Source: Actinomycetota bacterium
Lineage (GTDB): Bacteria; Actinomycetota; Actinomycetes; Nanopelagicales; Nanopelagicaceae
Assembly (NCBI GenBank): GCA_046048255.1
Contig: JBJOGL010000001.1
Coordinates: forward strand, 68,850-132,849
Direction of reading: 5' to 3'
Length of the DNA stretch: 64,000 bases
The position numbers and the translations under genes are program-made. Under the pieces are notes generated by a model, which saw only the letters and a program-made list of their open reading frames with translations, had not been told where the DNA came from and made no database searches. Shown piece by piece: positions 23,092 to 32,957 of the stretch. Position 1 is the first letter of the stretch. The number at the start of each line of letters is the position of its first letter.

Positions 23092-24366
23092 TTACCTTGA
23101 TATCTCAACGGCCGCGAGATCCCGCTTGCCTTTTCGGAGTACAAAGAATCGTCCATGTAACAAGGATTCAGCGCTTGGAGCGAAGTCCTCGCCCGAAATT
23201 TTCTGATTATTTAAGTAAGCGCCACCTTCTTTAACAATCCTGCGCGCTGCTGACTTAGACTCAACCAAACCTGTTGCAACAATCAAGTCTACCCATGTCG
23301 GTATCGGCGCACCGTGGACGATGGTTGTGCGCGGCAATTCGCTAAGCGCCCCAGAGAGCGTCTCTAAATCCAAAGCAGATAACTCCCCTTGGCCAAAGAG
23401 CGCTTTTGCTGCTGCTTCAACCTTCAAAGTTTGAGTTTCGCCATGAATCAGAGTAGTTAACTCTCGAGCAAGCGCACGATGCGCCTCACGCGCTCCTGGA
23501 TTTGTCTGCAATGACTCGAATAGTTGATTCAACTCTTCATGGTTCTTAAACGAAAAGCTTCTCAATAATTGTTCAACATCTCGATCATCCGAATTTAGGA
23601 AGAATTGGAAGAAGGCATATGGCGAAGTCATCTTTGGATCGAGCCAGATTGCACCGCTTGCAGTCTTGCCAAACTTGGTTCCATCAGCTTTTGTCATTAA
23701 CGGGATGGTGAGCGCATGAGCGCTCTTGCTCTCAACTCTGCGAATCAAATCGACGCCAGCAACAATATTTCCCCATTGGTCGCTTCCACCGATTTGCAAG
23801 GCGCAATCATTACGACGATTCAACTCCAGATAATCGAATGCCTGAAGGACCTGGTATGAGAATTCGGTATAAGAAATTCCACCTGATTCGAGTCGAGCAG
23901 AAACTGATTCTTTTGAAAGCATCTGATTGACAGAGAAATGTTTCCCGATGTCACGTAGGAAAGAAATGGCAGAAACGGGAGCAGTCCAATCCAAATTGTT
24001 CGCCATTACTGCGGCGTTTTTCCCAGAAAAATCTAAAAATCCCTCTAATTGCGCTCGAATTCGACCTACCCAATCAGCAACCACTTCAACTTCATTTAGC
24101 GATCGCTCACTATTGCGGCCACTTGGATCGCCCACCAAACCAGTTGCCCCACCCACCAGAGCAATGGGTTTATGGCCAGCCAATTGAAAACGGCGCAGGA
24201 CGGTAAGGACAGCAAGATTTCCGAGATGCAAACTTGGTGCCGTTGGATCAAAACCGAGGTAGACCGAGCGGCTTCCGGTATTGAGAAACTCTTCTAGTTC
24301 TTTGCGGTCAGTTGTTTGCGCAATGGATTTTCGCCATTCAAGATCGGCCAGAAGAGAGCTGGTCAT
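23092..24366 (-). CDS. tyrS: Tyrosine--tRNA ligase
   Basis: HIGH-type motif (PSLHLGNL), KMSKS-type KFGKT and a C-terminal S4 domain. Start set to the ATG at 24366 (MTSSLLADLEWR), which makes an ATGA overlap with the argH stop. Confidence 0.9.
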   Translation of the reverse strand: MTSSLLADLEWRKSIAQTTDRKELEEFLNTGSRSVYLGFDPTAPSLHLGNLAVLTVLRRFQLAGHKPIALVGGATGLVGDPSGRNSERSLNEVEVVADWVGRIRAQLEGFLDFSGKNAAVMANNLDWTAPVSAISFLRDIGKHFSVNQMLSKESVSARLESGGISYTEFSYQVLQAFDYLELNRRNDCALQIGGSDQWGNIVAGVDLIRRVESKSAHALTIPLMTKADGTKFGKTASGAIWLDPKMTSPYAFFQFFLNSDDRDVEQLLRSFSFKNHEELNQLFESLQTNPGAREAHRALARELTTLIHGETQTLKVEAAAKALFGQGELSALDLETLSGALSELPRTTIVHGAPIPTWVDLIVATGLVESKSAARRIVKEGGAYLNNQKISGEDFAPSAESLLHGRFFVLRKGKRDLAAVEISR

Positions 24367-25790
24367 TGGGACATCATGCCGGAAAATCGTTTCGACTCGC
24401 CGGATATCCATTTTCCATCGTGGCGCAATAACGTCTTGGCGCCGGAAATCTGCCGCTTCACGGATTTAGGTGAAGTTCCATTAGCAGAATCTCTTGAGGC
24501 AATGGCTCCCTTTACATCTAGATATCTTCTAACGCCAGCATCTAATTCCGGATGGACCTGGAGCAACTCAGCATCGGTAAGCTGATGAAGTTCCTTCTCG
24601 CTTTTTTCGCAAATTCGAACACATTTACCGGCAGCTTCATGAGCCTGCGAGAAAGGGATTCCTTTTCTCACCAAGTAATCGGCAACTTCAGTTGCCAAAG
24701 AGAAACCCTTGGGGGCTGCTGCAGACATTAGTTCGCGGTTAAATTTTGTTGTGGCGACCATGCCTGTCAGGGCCGGCAAGATTAATTGGAGGTGGTCAAC
24801 CGAATTGAAAACTACTTGTTTGTCTTCTTGAAGATCTCGGTTATATGCGAATGGGAGACCTTTCATCGTCGCTAGTAAGGAAGTGAGATTTCCTATTAGT
24901 GGTCCTGCTTTACCGCGCGCTAACTCAGCAACATCAGGATTCTTCTTTTGGGGCATTATCGAGGAACCTGTGGCATAAGCATCACTCAACTCTGCCCAGC
25001 CAAATTCACTCGAACACCAGATCGTCCACTCTTCTCCGATTCTTGAAAGATGCACACCTACTAACGCCATAATAAAGAGCGCTTCGGCTGCGAAGTCACG
25101 ATCTGAAACCGCATCAATGCTATTTGGAGCGAGTCCGGCAAAGCCGAGTTCGTCGGCGCTCTTCTCGGGGCTGATCGGAAGCGAGGATCCCGCAAGGGCT
25201 CCCGAACCTAACGGTGAAAGGTTGGTCCGCTCATACCAATCTTTGATTCTACTGACATCTCTACTTAGCGCTGCGGAATGCTTTGCCAATTCGTGCCCAA
25301 AGGAAATTGGTTGCGCATGTTGAAGATGTGTGAAACCAGGCGCAACTGCATCCACGTACTCGGCCGCTTTTTCCAAGAGCGCAGCATTAAGATCGCAGAT
25401 TAGCAAAGCGATGTTTAACATGTGATCCAAGAGGAACAGTTTGAAGTCGGTGGCAACCTGGTCATTTCGTGATCTGCCGGCCCGAATCGCACCTCCAACC
25501 TCACCTAGTTTTTCTTTTAGGCCTCGCTCAAGAGCAGAGTGAACGTCTTCATCTTCTGGGATTGGAGCAAATTTCCCACTATTAAGTTCTTTGGCAAGCT
25601 CCTTCAAAGCCTTTTCTAATTTCTCAGAGGTTTTGGCGTCGATCAATTTTCCACGCTTCAAGACTTTCACATGAGCTAAAGAGCTAGCGAGATCGTACGG
25701 AGCCAAACGCCAATCATAATGAACGCTACGAGAGAGAGCGAAAACTGCATCATCAATCTGTGTTTCAAACCTACCGCCCCAGAGTGCCAT
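24363..25790 (-). CDS. argH: Argininosuccinate lyase
   Basis: 475 aa: MALWGGRF N-terminus and a fumarate-lyase signature GSSIMPQKKNPD. Confidence 0.95.
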   Translation of the reverse strand: MALWGGRFETQIDDAVFALSRSVHYDWRLAPYDLASSLAHVKVLKRGKLIDAKTSEKLEKALKELAKELNSGKFAPIPEDEDVHSALERGLKEKLGEVGGAIRAGRSRNDQVATDFKLFLLDHMLNIALLICDLNAALLEKAAEYVDAVAPGFTHLQHAQPISFGHELAKHSAALSRDVSRIKDWYERTNLSPLGSGALAGSSLPISPEKSADELGFAGLAPNSIDAVSDRDFAAEALFIMALVGVHLSRIGEEWTIWCSSEFGWAELSDAYATGSSIMPQKKNPDVAELARGKAGPLIGNLTSLLATMKGLPFAYNRDLQEDKQVVFNSVDHLQLILPALTGMVATTKFNRELMSAAAPKGFSLATEVADYLVRKGIPFSQAHEAAGKCVRICEKSEKELHQLTDAELLQVHPELDAGVRRYLDVKGAIASRDSANGTSPKSVKRQISGAKTLLRHDGKWISGESKRFSGMMSQ

Positions 25791-26314
25791 TATTTTCTAC
25801 CCTTTCGCCGTCTTATTTGGGATTCGCTCAAGTAGTCTTTCAACTGCTTGGCTAACTGGTTTCCGCCCGTGGCAGATTTGGAAACCACTAAAACCGTGTC
25901 ATCGCCAGCGATTGTTCCAATAATGCCGGCCATCTCCCCCGAATTGGCAGCACGATCCAATGTGCTTGCGAGAAGTTGTGCTGCACCCGCCGGGGTCTTT
26001 ATCACTACAAGATTTCCACTGGCCGAGATACTTAAGACCAATTCATCAGAAGCCCGTGAAACTCTTGATCGATTTTCATCACTTGAATTAATGAATTGGT
26101 AACGAAGAGCACCGCTTTGATCGCGTCCACGAACAGCCCCGACCTCTTCTAGATCCCGACTCGCAGTGGCCTGGGTTACTTCTACCCCTTCATCCGAGAG
26201 CAATTCGACGAGATCGTTCTGGGAATGAACTAATCCTTGATTGACATATGAAATCACCAGAGCACGTCTGGCATTTGTAGAAAGCGTTGACTTCTTAGCC
26301 ACCGTAGACCTCAT
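25790..26314 (-). CDS. argR: Arginine repressor
   Basis: N-terminal winged helix (SQNDLVELLSDEGVEVTQATASRDLEEVG) and C-terminal GTIAGDDTVLVV. ATG at 26314 follows a GAGG Shine-Dalgarno. The ORF track's TTG at 26341 is less likely. Confidence 0.88.
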   Translation of the reverse strand: MRSTVAKKSTLSTNARRALVISYVNQGLVHSQNDLVELLSDEGVEVTQATASRDLEEVGAVRGRDQSGALRYQFINSSDENRSRVSRASDELVLSISASGNLVVIKTPAGAAQLLASTLDRAANSGEMAGIIGTIAGDDTVLVVSKSATGGNQLAKQLKDYLSESQIRRRKGRK

Positions 26315-27488
26315 CACATACCTCAGCAAATGCGCCTGCAAACTTGAGGATTTGTTTCTCCGAAATGATGTATGCCGGCGCTAAACGAATTACCTCGTCA
26401 CTAGCCGCGTTTACCAAGAAACCCATTTGAGCCAATCGGTTAGCTATATCTTTAGCTTTGCTTTCTTGTACTTGGATTCCGATGAGCAGTCCGCGACCTC
26501 GACAACCAGCAACTCCATTGATTGGAGAGATGAGATTCCTAATCAGAGCTCCCTTAGTCGTGTTGAGAGCTAAATAGCCCTTTGCCCCAATCTCATCAAT
26601 CACAACCTTTGCCGCGGCACAAGCGATTGGATTTCCGCCAAAAGTTGTCCCGTGCATTCCAGCCTTAAATAGATTAGCTGCGTTGCCAAGAGCAATCATG
26701 GCTCCCAGGGGCAACCCACCTCCTAGCCCTTTAGCTACTGTGATTACATCCGGAGCAATTCCCTCATGCTCAAAGCCAAACCAGTTACCAGTTCGACCCA
26801 TTCCAGTTTGAACGCAATCAAAGACCAAGAGCGTGCCGGTTCTATTACATATTTCCCGGGCCGCCCTTAAATATCCAGCTGGTGGTACCACGACTCCTGC
26901 TTCACCCATGATTGGTTCGATTATCACCATGGCCGTTTTGCGATTTACTTTTTTAGCCAGAGCCTTTGTGTCCCCAAATTCAACGTGCGCAACTCTTTGA
27001 ATCAGCGGTTTAAAAGGATCTCTCTTACCTGGTTGGCCAGTCAGAGAAAGTGCGCCCATGGTTCGGCCATGAAAAGCGCCACGGGTCGCAACCACTCGTT
27101 TCCGCCCCGTTAAGCGCGAGAGTTTTAGGGCCGCTTCATTTGCTTCTGCCCCAGAATTGCAGAAAAAGACCCGTGCGCTTTCATCGCCAGTCATTTCAAT
27201 TAATTTCTCCGCCAAATTAAGTCCTGGATTGTGACTGTAAAAATTTGATACATGGGTTAACTCACGAGATTGCTTGGTGATGGCTGATACGACTTTAGGA
27301 TGACTATGCCCTAATAGATTTGTGGCAATTCCTCCTAATAGATCCAGATACTTCTTTCCATCGACATCCCATACCTCAATACCTTTCCCTCGCGTTAATG
27401 AAATATGGGGTGTTCCATAGTTTGCTTGCATCAAGGAATCCCAGCGAGTGACTTGGGTTTGCGAAGATAATTTTAGGCTCTTACCCAT
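26295..27488 (-). CDS. argD: Acetylornithine aminotransferase
   Basis: Class-III aminotransferase (FFCNSGAEANEAALKLSR; PDVITVAKGLGGGLP contains the PLP lysine). Lies within the arg cluster. Confidence 0.92.
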   Translation of the reverse strand: MGKSLKLSSQTQVTRWDSLMQANYGTPHISLTRGKGIEVWDVDGKKYLDLLGGIATNLLGHSHPKVVSAITKQSRELTHVSNFYSHNPGLNLAEKLIEMTGDESARVFFCNSGAEANEAALKLSRLTGRKRVVATRGAFHGRTMGALSLTGQPGKRDPFKPLIQRVAHVEFGDTKALAKKVNRKTAMVIIEPIMGEAGVVVPPAGYLRAAREICNRTGTLLVFDCVQTGMGRTGNWFGFEHEGIAPDVITVAKGLGGGLPLGAMIALGNAANLFKAGMHGTTFGGNPIACAAAKVVIDEIGAKGYLALNTTKGALIRNLISPINGVAGCRGRGLLIGIQVQESKAKDIANRLAQMGFLVNAASDEVIRLAPAYIISEKQILKFAGAFAEVCDEVYGG

Positions 27489-28228
27489 GTTCCACCCCTT
27501 CTCGCTAATGCATCCTGAAATGCAGCTAAAGATTTCCCATCAATAACTCGCGCCGATTGCGCACCCGACTTAATGGCGCCAATTACTGCTGAAACTTTCG
27601 GGATCATTCCACCTTCAAAATTGATCGCCGATAACTCGTTAATAGATATTTCATAAATCAAAGAACTCGTATCAGGCCAATTTCGATAAATTCCCGCAAC
27701 ATCGGTCATGAAGATAACCTCGTCGGCTCCGAGCGAACCGGCAATAGCGCCTGCTGCTAGATCTGCATTCACATTCAAAGCAGTTCCATCGGAGGCATTC
27801 GCCACCGGGGCTACCACCGGTAGATATCCCCCCTCTAGTAGATTTTTGAGGAGATGTGGTGCCACCGCGTCAATCCGACCAACTAACCCCAGTGCGCCGT
27901 TATCTTTGAGACTAACCTTTAACAATCCTGCATCGCTCCCAGTTATTCCTACGGCAGGTAATCCCACTTGGATCAACGAACGCACTACCGAGCGCAGAAC
28001 TGAACCGGTTAGAACAGACTCGACCACTTTCATGACTTCTGGGGTCGTGACTCGAAATCCGCCCTGAAAATCTGAAGAAACACCTTCAATTTTCAGTTGC
28101 TTATCGATTTGCGGTCCACCGCCATGGACAATTACGAACCGCTCCCCTGAGTTCCAACGCACTGCGATTTCCTTCATCCAAATCGGATCGCTATCCATCG
28201 CATGACCACCGAACTTAATTACAATCAT
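27473..28228 (-). CDS. argB: Acetylglutamate kinase (short form, 251 aa)
   Basis: IVIKFGGHAM ... VIVHGGGPQI ... NVNADLAAGAIA motifs. ATGA overlap with argJ. Confidence 0.9.
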   Translation of the reverse strand: MIVIKFGGHAMDSDPIWMKEIAVRWNSGERFVIVHGGGPQIDKQLKIEGVSSDFQGGFRVTTPEVMKVVESVLTGSVLRSVVRSLIQVGLPAVGITGSDAGLLKVSLKDNGALGLVGRIDAVAPHLLKNLLEGGYLPVVAPVANASDGTALNVNADLAAGAIAGSLGADEVIFMTDVAGIYRNWPDTSSLIYEISINELSAINFEGGMIPKVSAVIGAIKSGAQSARVIDGKSLAAFQDALARRGGTWVRA

Positions 28229-29397
28229 GTTGAGTAAGCCGAGTTCTCGTGCACGTATTCGGCGGTAAGGTCGTTGGTAAGAATTGTGGCGGAAGAACTG
28301 CCCACATGAAGATCAATTAAGATCTCGATCCGCTTTCCCTTCATATTAACTAAGTCGCGAGATTCGCCAGGTGCGCTTGCCTTACAGACCATCACTCCAT
28401 TGAGTGATACGTCGATATTCGATGGATCCATCACGGCCTTTGTTGTACCTACCGCCGCCAAGATTCTCCCCCAATTGGGGTCTTCACCATGCAAGGCGCA
28501 TTTCAACAGGTTATTCCGGGCACAGGCACGGCCAATTTCAATCGCATCACGTTCACTCTTGGCATTAATGACTTCAATCGCAACAACTTTTGAGTGCCCC
28601 TCAGCATCGGAAATAAGTTGATAAGCAAGGCTCTTGCAAACCTCCAAGAGCGCTATTCGCAATTCTTCGATACTTGGTTCGACTTCGGCAGCTCCGGAAG
28701 CAAGAAAGAGAACTGTGTCATTGGTTGAAGTGCATCCGTCAGAATCAATCCGATTAAAAGTCTCTTCACAGACTTCCGCGAATACTTGTTGCGCTAAACG
28801 AGGATTTACTTTTGCATCTGTCATAACAACTGAGAGCATGGTTGCGAGCGAAGGAGCCAGCATTCCTGCGCCTTTGGCAATTCCGCTGATCTCAAATCCA
28901 CTACTTACTATTTGCGCGATCTTGGGAATTGAATCCGTTGTCATAATTGCTTCCGCTATATCCTGCAAGGAATCTTCTTTTAGTAGTTTCACAGCCGAAG
29001 CGATTCCCGTCAGCATCTTGGGCATCGGCAGCCTCACGCCAATTAGACCAGTTGAACAAATCGCAACATCGCCAGATGAAATTCGGAGAAGCTCTCCAAC
29101 TTCTTCTGCGCTCTTATGGGTGTCTGCAAAACCGTCTGGTCCGGTACAAGCGTTTGCGCCTCCGCTATTTAGCAGAACTGCTCCGACTTGCGAGTCCTTA
29201 ACCACCTGCTCGGTCCAAATTACGGGGGCTGCTACAACTTGATTTGTAGTGAATACTGCAGTTCCGAACCTATCCGGTCCGTCGTTAACCAGTAACGCTA
29301 AATCCTTCTTACCCGAACTTTTCAAGCCCGCGGAAAGACCGGCTCCTCTAAATCCTTTAGGAAGCTGCTTCGGGATTTCGCTAGCAATGTTGTTCAT
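28225..29397 (-). CDS. argJ: Bifunctional ornithine acetyltransferase / N-acetylglutamate synthase
   Basis: 390 aa with the autoprocessing site region (GMLAPSLATMLSVVMTDA). Confidence 0.92.
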   Translation of the reverse strand: MNNIASEIPKQLPKGFRGAGLSAGLKSSGKKDLALLVNDGPDRFGTAVFTTNQVVAAPVIWTEQVVKDSQVGAVLLNSGGANACTGPDGFADTHKSAEEVGELLRISSGDVAICSTGLIGVRLPMPKMLTGIASAVKLLKEDSLQDIAEAIMTTDSIPKIAQIVSSGFEISGIAKGAGMLAPSLATMLSVVMTDAKVNPRLAQQVFAEVCEETFNRIDSDGCTSTNDTVLFLASGAAEVEPSIEELRIALLEVCKSLAYQLISDAEGHSKVVAIEVINAKSERDAIEIGRACARNNLLKCALHGEDPNWGRILAAVGTTKAVMDPSNIDVSLNGVMVCKASAPGESRDLVNMKGKRIEILIDLHVGSSSATILTNDLTAEYVHENSAYST

Positions 29398-30413
29398 TGT
29401 CCGATTCCCATAGCGCTAAGGCCAAGCGCTTCATCAAACCCGGCAATTAGATTTGCGTTCTGCAGAGCTTGGCCAGCCGCTCCTTTGCCTAAGTTGTCGA
29501 TAGCCACGGATACAACGAGTCTCGAAGTATGTTCATCAACAGCTAGTTGAATCTGAACTCCATTTGAGCCGATCAAAGATGAAGTTTCCGGAAGTTGGCC
29601 CTTTGGAAGTATAGATACGAACCTCTCATCTTTATAAGCATCCAGATAAAGTTCCCGCAGAGCTGACTCGCTCAGACTTGTCCGAGCGGTCACAGTTGCA
29701 AGAATTCCCCTGGGCATAGGTGCGAGGATTGGCGTGAACGAGATCTTCACCTCTTGTTGAGTCAAACTTTGTAGCGCTTCTTCTATCTCAGGAGTGTGTT
29801 GATGCACCCCGCCGAATTTGTAGGACGTTAGCGAATTCATTATCTCGCTAGCACTCAAATTGACCTTACTAGTTCTCCCTGCCCCGGAAGTTCCACTTGC
29901 CGCTACAACTACAATATCCCCCACTTCAATGGCCTTATTGGAAATTGCCGGAGATATAGAAAGCGAGATTGCAGTCGCATAACAGCCAGGATTTGCGATG
30001 CGATGAGCTGAACTTATTTGAGCACGTAGTCCGGGCAATTCTGGAAGACCATATGTCCAACTACCAGCATGTTCTCCGCCGTAATACTTGTTCCACTTAG
30101 CTGAATCTTTCAATCTAAAGTCAGCGCCAAGATCCACAACCTTAATGTGACTGCTTAATTCCTTAACGAGATGCGCCGATTCGCCATGAGGTAAGGCTAG
30201 AAAAACTAGTTCACATTGATTTAGGGCCTGAGATTCAGTCTTTTGGAATTTCTGATCGCAATAACCTGTGAGATGTGAATGTATCGAGGTAATTTCCTCA
30301 CCTGCGTTAGATCCTGCAGCGATAAAAGTTACATCGAAATTGGGGTGGCCGGCTAGAAGTCTTAATATCTCTCCGCCGGCATAACCGCTGGCACCTACGA
30401 CTCCTACGCGCAT
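29394..30413 (-). CDS. argC: N-acetyl-gamma-glutamyl-phosphate reductase
   Basis: VGVVGASGYAGGEILRLL N-terminus and active-site NPGCYATA. Confidence 0.93.
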   Translation of the reverse strand: MRVGVVGASGYAGGEILRLLAGHPNFDVTFIAAGSNAGEEITSIHSHLTGYCDQKFQKTESQALNQCELVFLALPHGESAHLVKELSSHIKVVDLGADFRLKDSAKWNKYYGGEHAGSWTYGLPELPGLRAQISSAHRIANPGCYATAISLSISPAISNKAIEVGDIVVVAASGTSGAGRTSKVNLSASEIMNSLTSYKFGGVHQHTPEIEEALQSLTQQEVKISFTPILAPMPRGILATVTARTSLSESALRELYLDAYKDERFVSILPKGQLPETSSLIGSNGVQIQLAVDEHTSRLVVSVAIDNLGKGAAGQALQNANLIAGFDEALGLSAMGIGQ

Positions 30414-30419
30414 CAGGTT

Positions 30420-30469
30420 ATGGTACCCAGATATGCATAATTATTCAAATGTGTGCATAACTATGCGCT
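30420..30469 (-). promoter_or_regulatory. argC promoter overlapped by tandem ARG boxes (ArgR operator)
   Basis: Box 1 at 30432-30449, tATGCATAATTATTCAaa, matches 15 of 16 specified positions of TNTGAATWWWWATTCANW. Box 2 at 30452-30469 matches 12 of 16. On the minus strand, TTGAAT-N17-TACCAT ends 6 nt before the argC ATG. Confidence 0.65.
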
Positions 30470-32957
30470 AGCTGCGTATGGTCGCCTGGAATCTCCGAAC
30501 GACTTCTGCGCCCGCACTCTCGCGTAGCTTTGATACCTCTTCACTTGTCAAAGTCCGATCCGCTGCGCGGAAAGTCATCGTAAAAGCCAGTGAGACTTGA
30601 TCCTCACCATCTCTTTGGAATTTATCGAAGAGCTTTACGCTCTCTAGCAATTCACCAGCTCCCGACTGCAGAGCTTCGGTGACTTCTGCTGCTGTCACGC
30701 TCGATGGAACAAAAATCGAGATATCTTGAATTGCAGCGGGCATCGTTATTACCTGTTTCGCCTCAATTGCACCTTGAACTGGAATAGCATCAATAACTAG
30801 AGCAAAGAAAATAGTGCGCTCGGGCAACCCCAACGCAGCGGTAATTCGCGGATGAATCTCTCCTGCGTGAGCAACCGGTTTCCCACTGACAATGAATTCC
30901 GCACATCGACCTGGGTGCCAAGGGGCCAAGTCTACGTTTTTGACTTGAAAATCATTCGTAAACAAACCAATCAATTCGCTGGAAATGGCAACGGCGTCCT
31001 GCCACGATGCTTGTCGACCTTTACCCCACCAGCCTGGAAGTTCAATATCTCCGGAAAGTACCGCGCCGATATGCTGAGTTTGGAAGGGTACGCTCTCGTA
31101 AATCTTCTTGATCTGAACTGAAGTCGGACGCTTAGTGGTACTGATACCGGTTGCTTTCTCTAATTTCTTGATATCGCGAAAAACCATTCCGCTTTCGAAA
31201 AGCGCAACTGATTTTGCGCCACGAGCAATATTTCGCGCAGCGCTTTCTAGTAGACCAATTGAAAGATGTGTACGAAGAAGTGGATTCTGTTCGGATATCG
31301 GATTAGCAATTTTGAATGTTTTAGCACGATCGCCTGTGAAGCCAAATAGTTCCATCTGTTCGCTATTTACAAATGGGTAATTGTGAACCTCGGTGAAACC
31401 CTTATTTGCCAGGGCAAGCGAGAGGTAACGGCGACGTTGTTGTAGCGCGCTTAAACCTGTTTTACCTGAGCGCGGAATCTTTGGAGTTGGAATCCGCGAA
31501 GGTATTCGTTCATAACCAAAGTACCGAGCAACTTCCTCGGCGAAATCAGAGATGTGCCGTAAATCGCCCCGCCAGCTGGGCGAAGTGACTTTCCAATTTT
31601 TCCCAGACTTTACGATGCGACAGCCAACTGCGGTCAACGCCCTTGTAACTTCGGCGCTCGAATAATCGGTTCCGATCAATCGTGAGATATCGACCGGGTT
31701 GAAAGTTGTGACGGTTAACTTAGGCGAAGAGCCTTTGTAGGAAGTGCCATGGTATTTGGCGCCACCATGATCGATAAGCAACAATGCGGCGCGAGCAGAC
31801 GCTACTTCAGCCAAATTTGGATCTACCCCTCTTTCAAAGCGTCTTGATGCCTCCGAGGAGAGAATGTGCCTTCGGGAATTTTGGGCGACCGCAACCGGAT
31901 TGAAATGCGCCGCCTCTAATGCAATCCGTGAAGTCTCAGGGCCGACTTCACTATCAAGCCCTCCCATGGTTCCGGCGAGCGCCAAGGGTCGTTTTTCGTC
32001 AGTTACTAAGAGATCATCCTTACTTAGTTTTCTATTTTGATTATCTAAAGTCGTTATTGACTTGTAGCTCCCTGCACGTTGAACACGCAGTTTGCCATTT
32101 ATCTTCGCTGAGTCAAATGCATGCAGCGGCTGTCCTAATTCAAGCATCACATAGTTGGTGATATCGACTGCCAGAGAGATAGAGCGCATCCCAGCTTGGG
32201 TAAGTCGTTTCGCCATCCATGCCGGAGTTTTAGCCCTTGAATCCAGACCGCTAAGGGAGCGTAAGAAAATTAAGTCCGCGCCCGTTTTATCTTTCAACTC
32301 AACTGGAATTGTCTTGCCAGACTTCTTCAATTTTGCCAATCTACTCTTTAGCGCTTTACTATCAATATCTTTGAATGCGTAGCCCAATGACATAGCAAGT
32401 TCCCGCGCTGCCCCTCTTACTGACATTGCATATCCCCGATCCGGGTTTACCGCGATATCAATAACAGGATCGTTGGCACCGATGGCGGCTAATGCGTCAC
32501 TTCCGTTCTTGAATTTGCCATCAATAACGATAATTCCGGTGTGGTCATCCCCCATGCTCAGTTCGCGAGCCGAGCAAATCATTCCGTTACTCAATCTGCC
32601 ATAAGTTTCTCGCGCAGAAATAGCGAAATTGCCAGGCAGTACTGCACCGGGGAGCGCGACAACAACTTGATCGCCCACTTTGAAGTTAGTAGCTCCGCAA
32701 ATCACCTGGCGCACAGAATTTTCAGCGAGGTCTAAAGAAACAAATCTAATTGGCTTCTTGTGGCCGGTTAGCTCTTCGATCTCGAGGACGGTGCCAACTT
32801 TAAGCGGTCCCTTAATATTAGCAGCGGGATTTACTACATCTTCTACTTCAAATCCGACCTTTACAAAACCCGCAACTAACTTTTCAATGTTCTTAGCGGG
32901 ATCGAAATTCTTAGGAAATACTATGAACTCAGCGAGCCATGAGACTGGAAGTTTCAT
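30468..32957 (-). CDS. pheT: Phenylalanine--tRNA ligase beta subunit
   Basis: 829 aa: MKLPVSWL N-terminus, tRNA-binding, B3/4, B5 and FDX-ACB domain order. ATGA overlap with pheS. Confidence 0.95.
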   Translation of the reverse strand: MKLPVSWLAEFIVFPKNFDPAKNIEKLVAGFVKVGFEVEDVVNPAANIKGPLKVGTVLEIEELTGHKKPIRFVSLDLAENSVRQVICGATNFKVGDQVVVALPGAVLPGNFAISARETYGRLSNGMICSARELSMGDDHTGIIVIDGKFKNGSDALAAIGANDPVIDIAVNPDRGYAMSVRGAARELAMSLGYAFKDIDSKALKSRLAKLKKSGKTIPVELKDKTGADLIFLRSLSGLDSRAKTPAWMAKRLTQAGMRSISLAVDITNYVMLELGQPLHAFDSAKINGKLRVQRAGSYKSITTLDNQNRKLSKDDLLVTDEKRPLALAGTMGGLDSEVGPETSRIALEAAHFNPVAVAQNSRRHILSSEASRRFERGVDPNLAEVASARAALLLIDHGGAKYHGTSYKGSSPKLTVTTFNPVDISRLIGTDYSSAEVTRALTAVGCRIVKSGKNWKVTSPSWRGDLRHISDFAEEVARYFGYERIPSRIPTPKIPRSGKTGLSALQQRRRYLSLALANKGFTEVHNYPFVNSEQMELFGFTGDRAKTFKIANPISEQNPLLRTHLSIGLLESAARNIARGAKSVALFESGMVFRDIKKLEKATGISTTKRPTSVQIKKIYESVPFQTQHIGAVLSGDIELPGWWGKGRQASWQDAVAISSELIGLFTNDFQVKNVDLAPWHPGRCAEFIVSGKPVAHAGEIHPRITAALGLPERTIFFALVIDAIPVQGAIEAKQVITMPAAIQDISIFVPSSVTAAEVTEALQSGAGELLESVKLFDKFQRDGEDQVSLAFTMTFRAADRTLTSEEVSKLRESAGAEVVRRFQATIRS

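Noticed and set aside
28634-29242. Long ORFs antisense to real genes. Examples: 202 aa opposite argJ, 157 aa at 58895-59368 opposite uvrC, 145 aa at 13727-14164 opposite recN, 132 aa at 3707-4105 opposite der, and 115 aa at 45498-45845 opposite ctaA.
   Set aside because: Each lies entirely inside a strongly supported gene on the other strand. Their translations are low-complexity and rich in Ser, Arg and Ala, which is typical of shadow frames. None has a recognisable motif or a ribosome-binding context.
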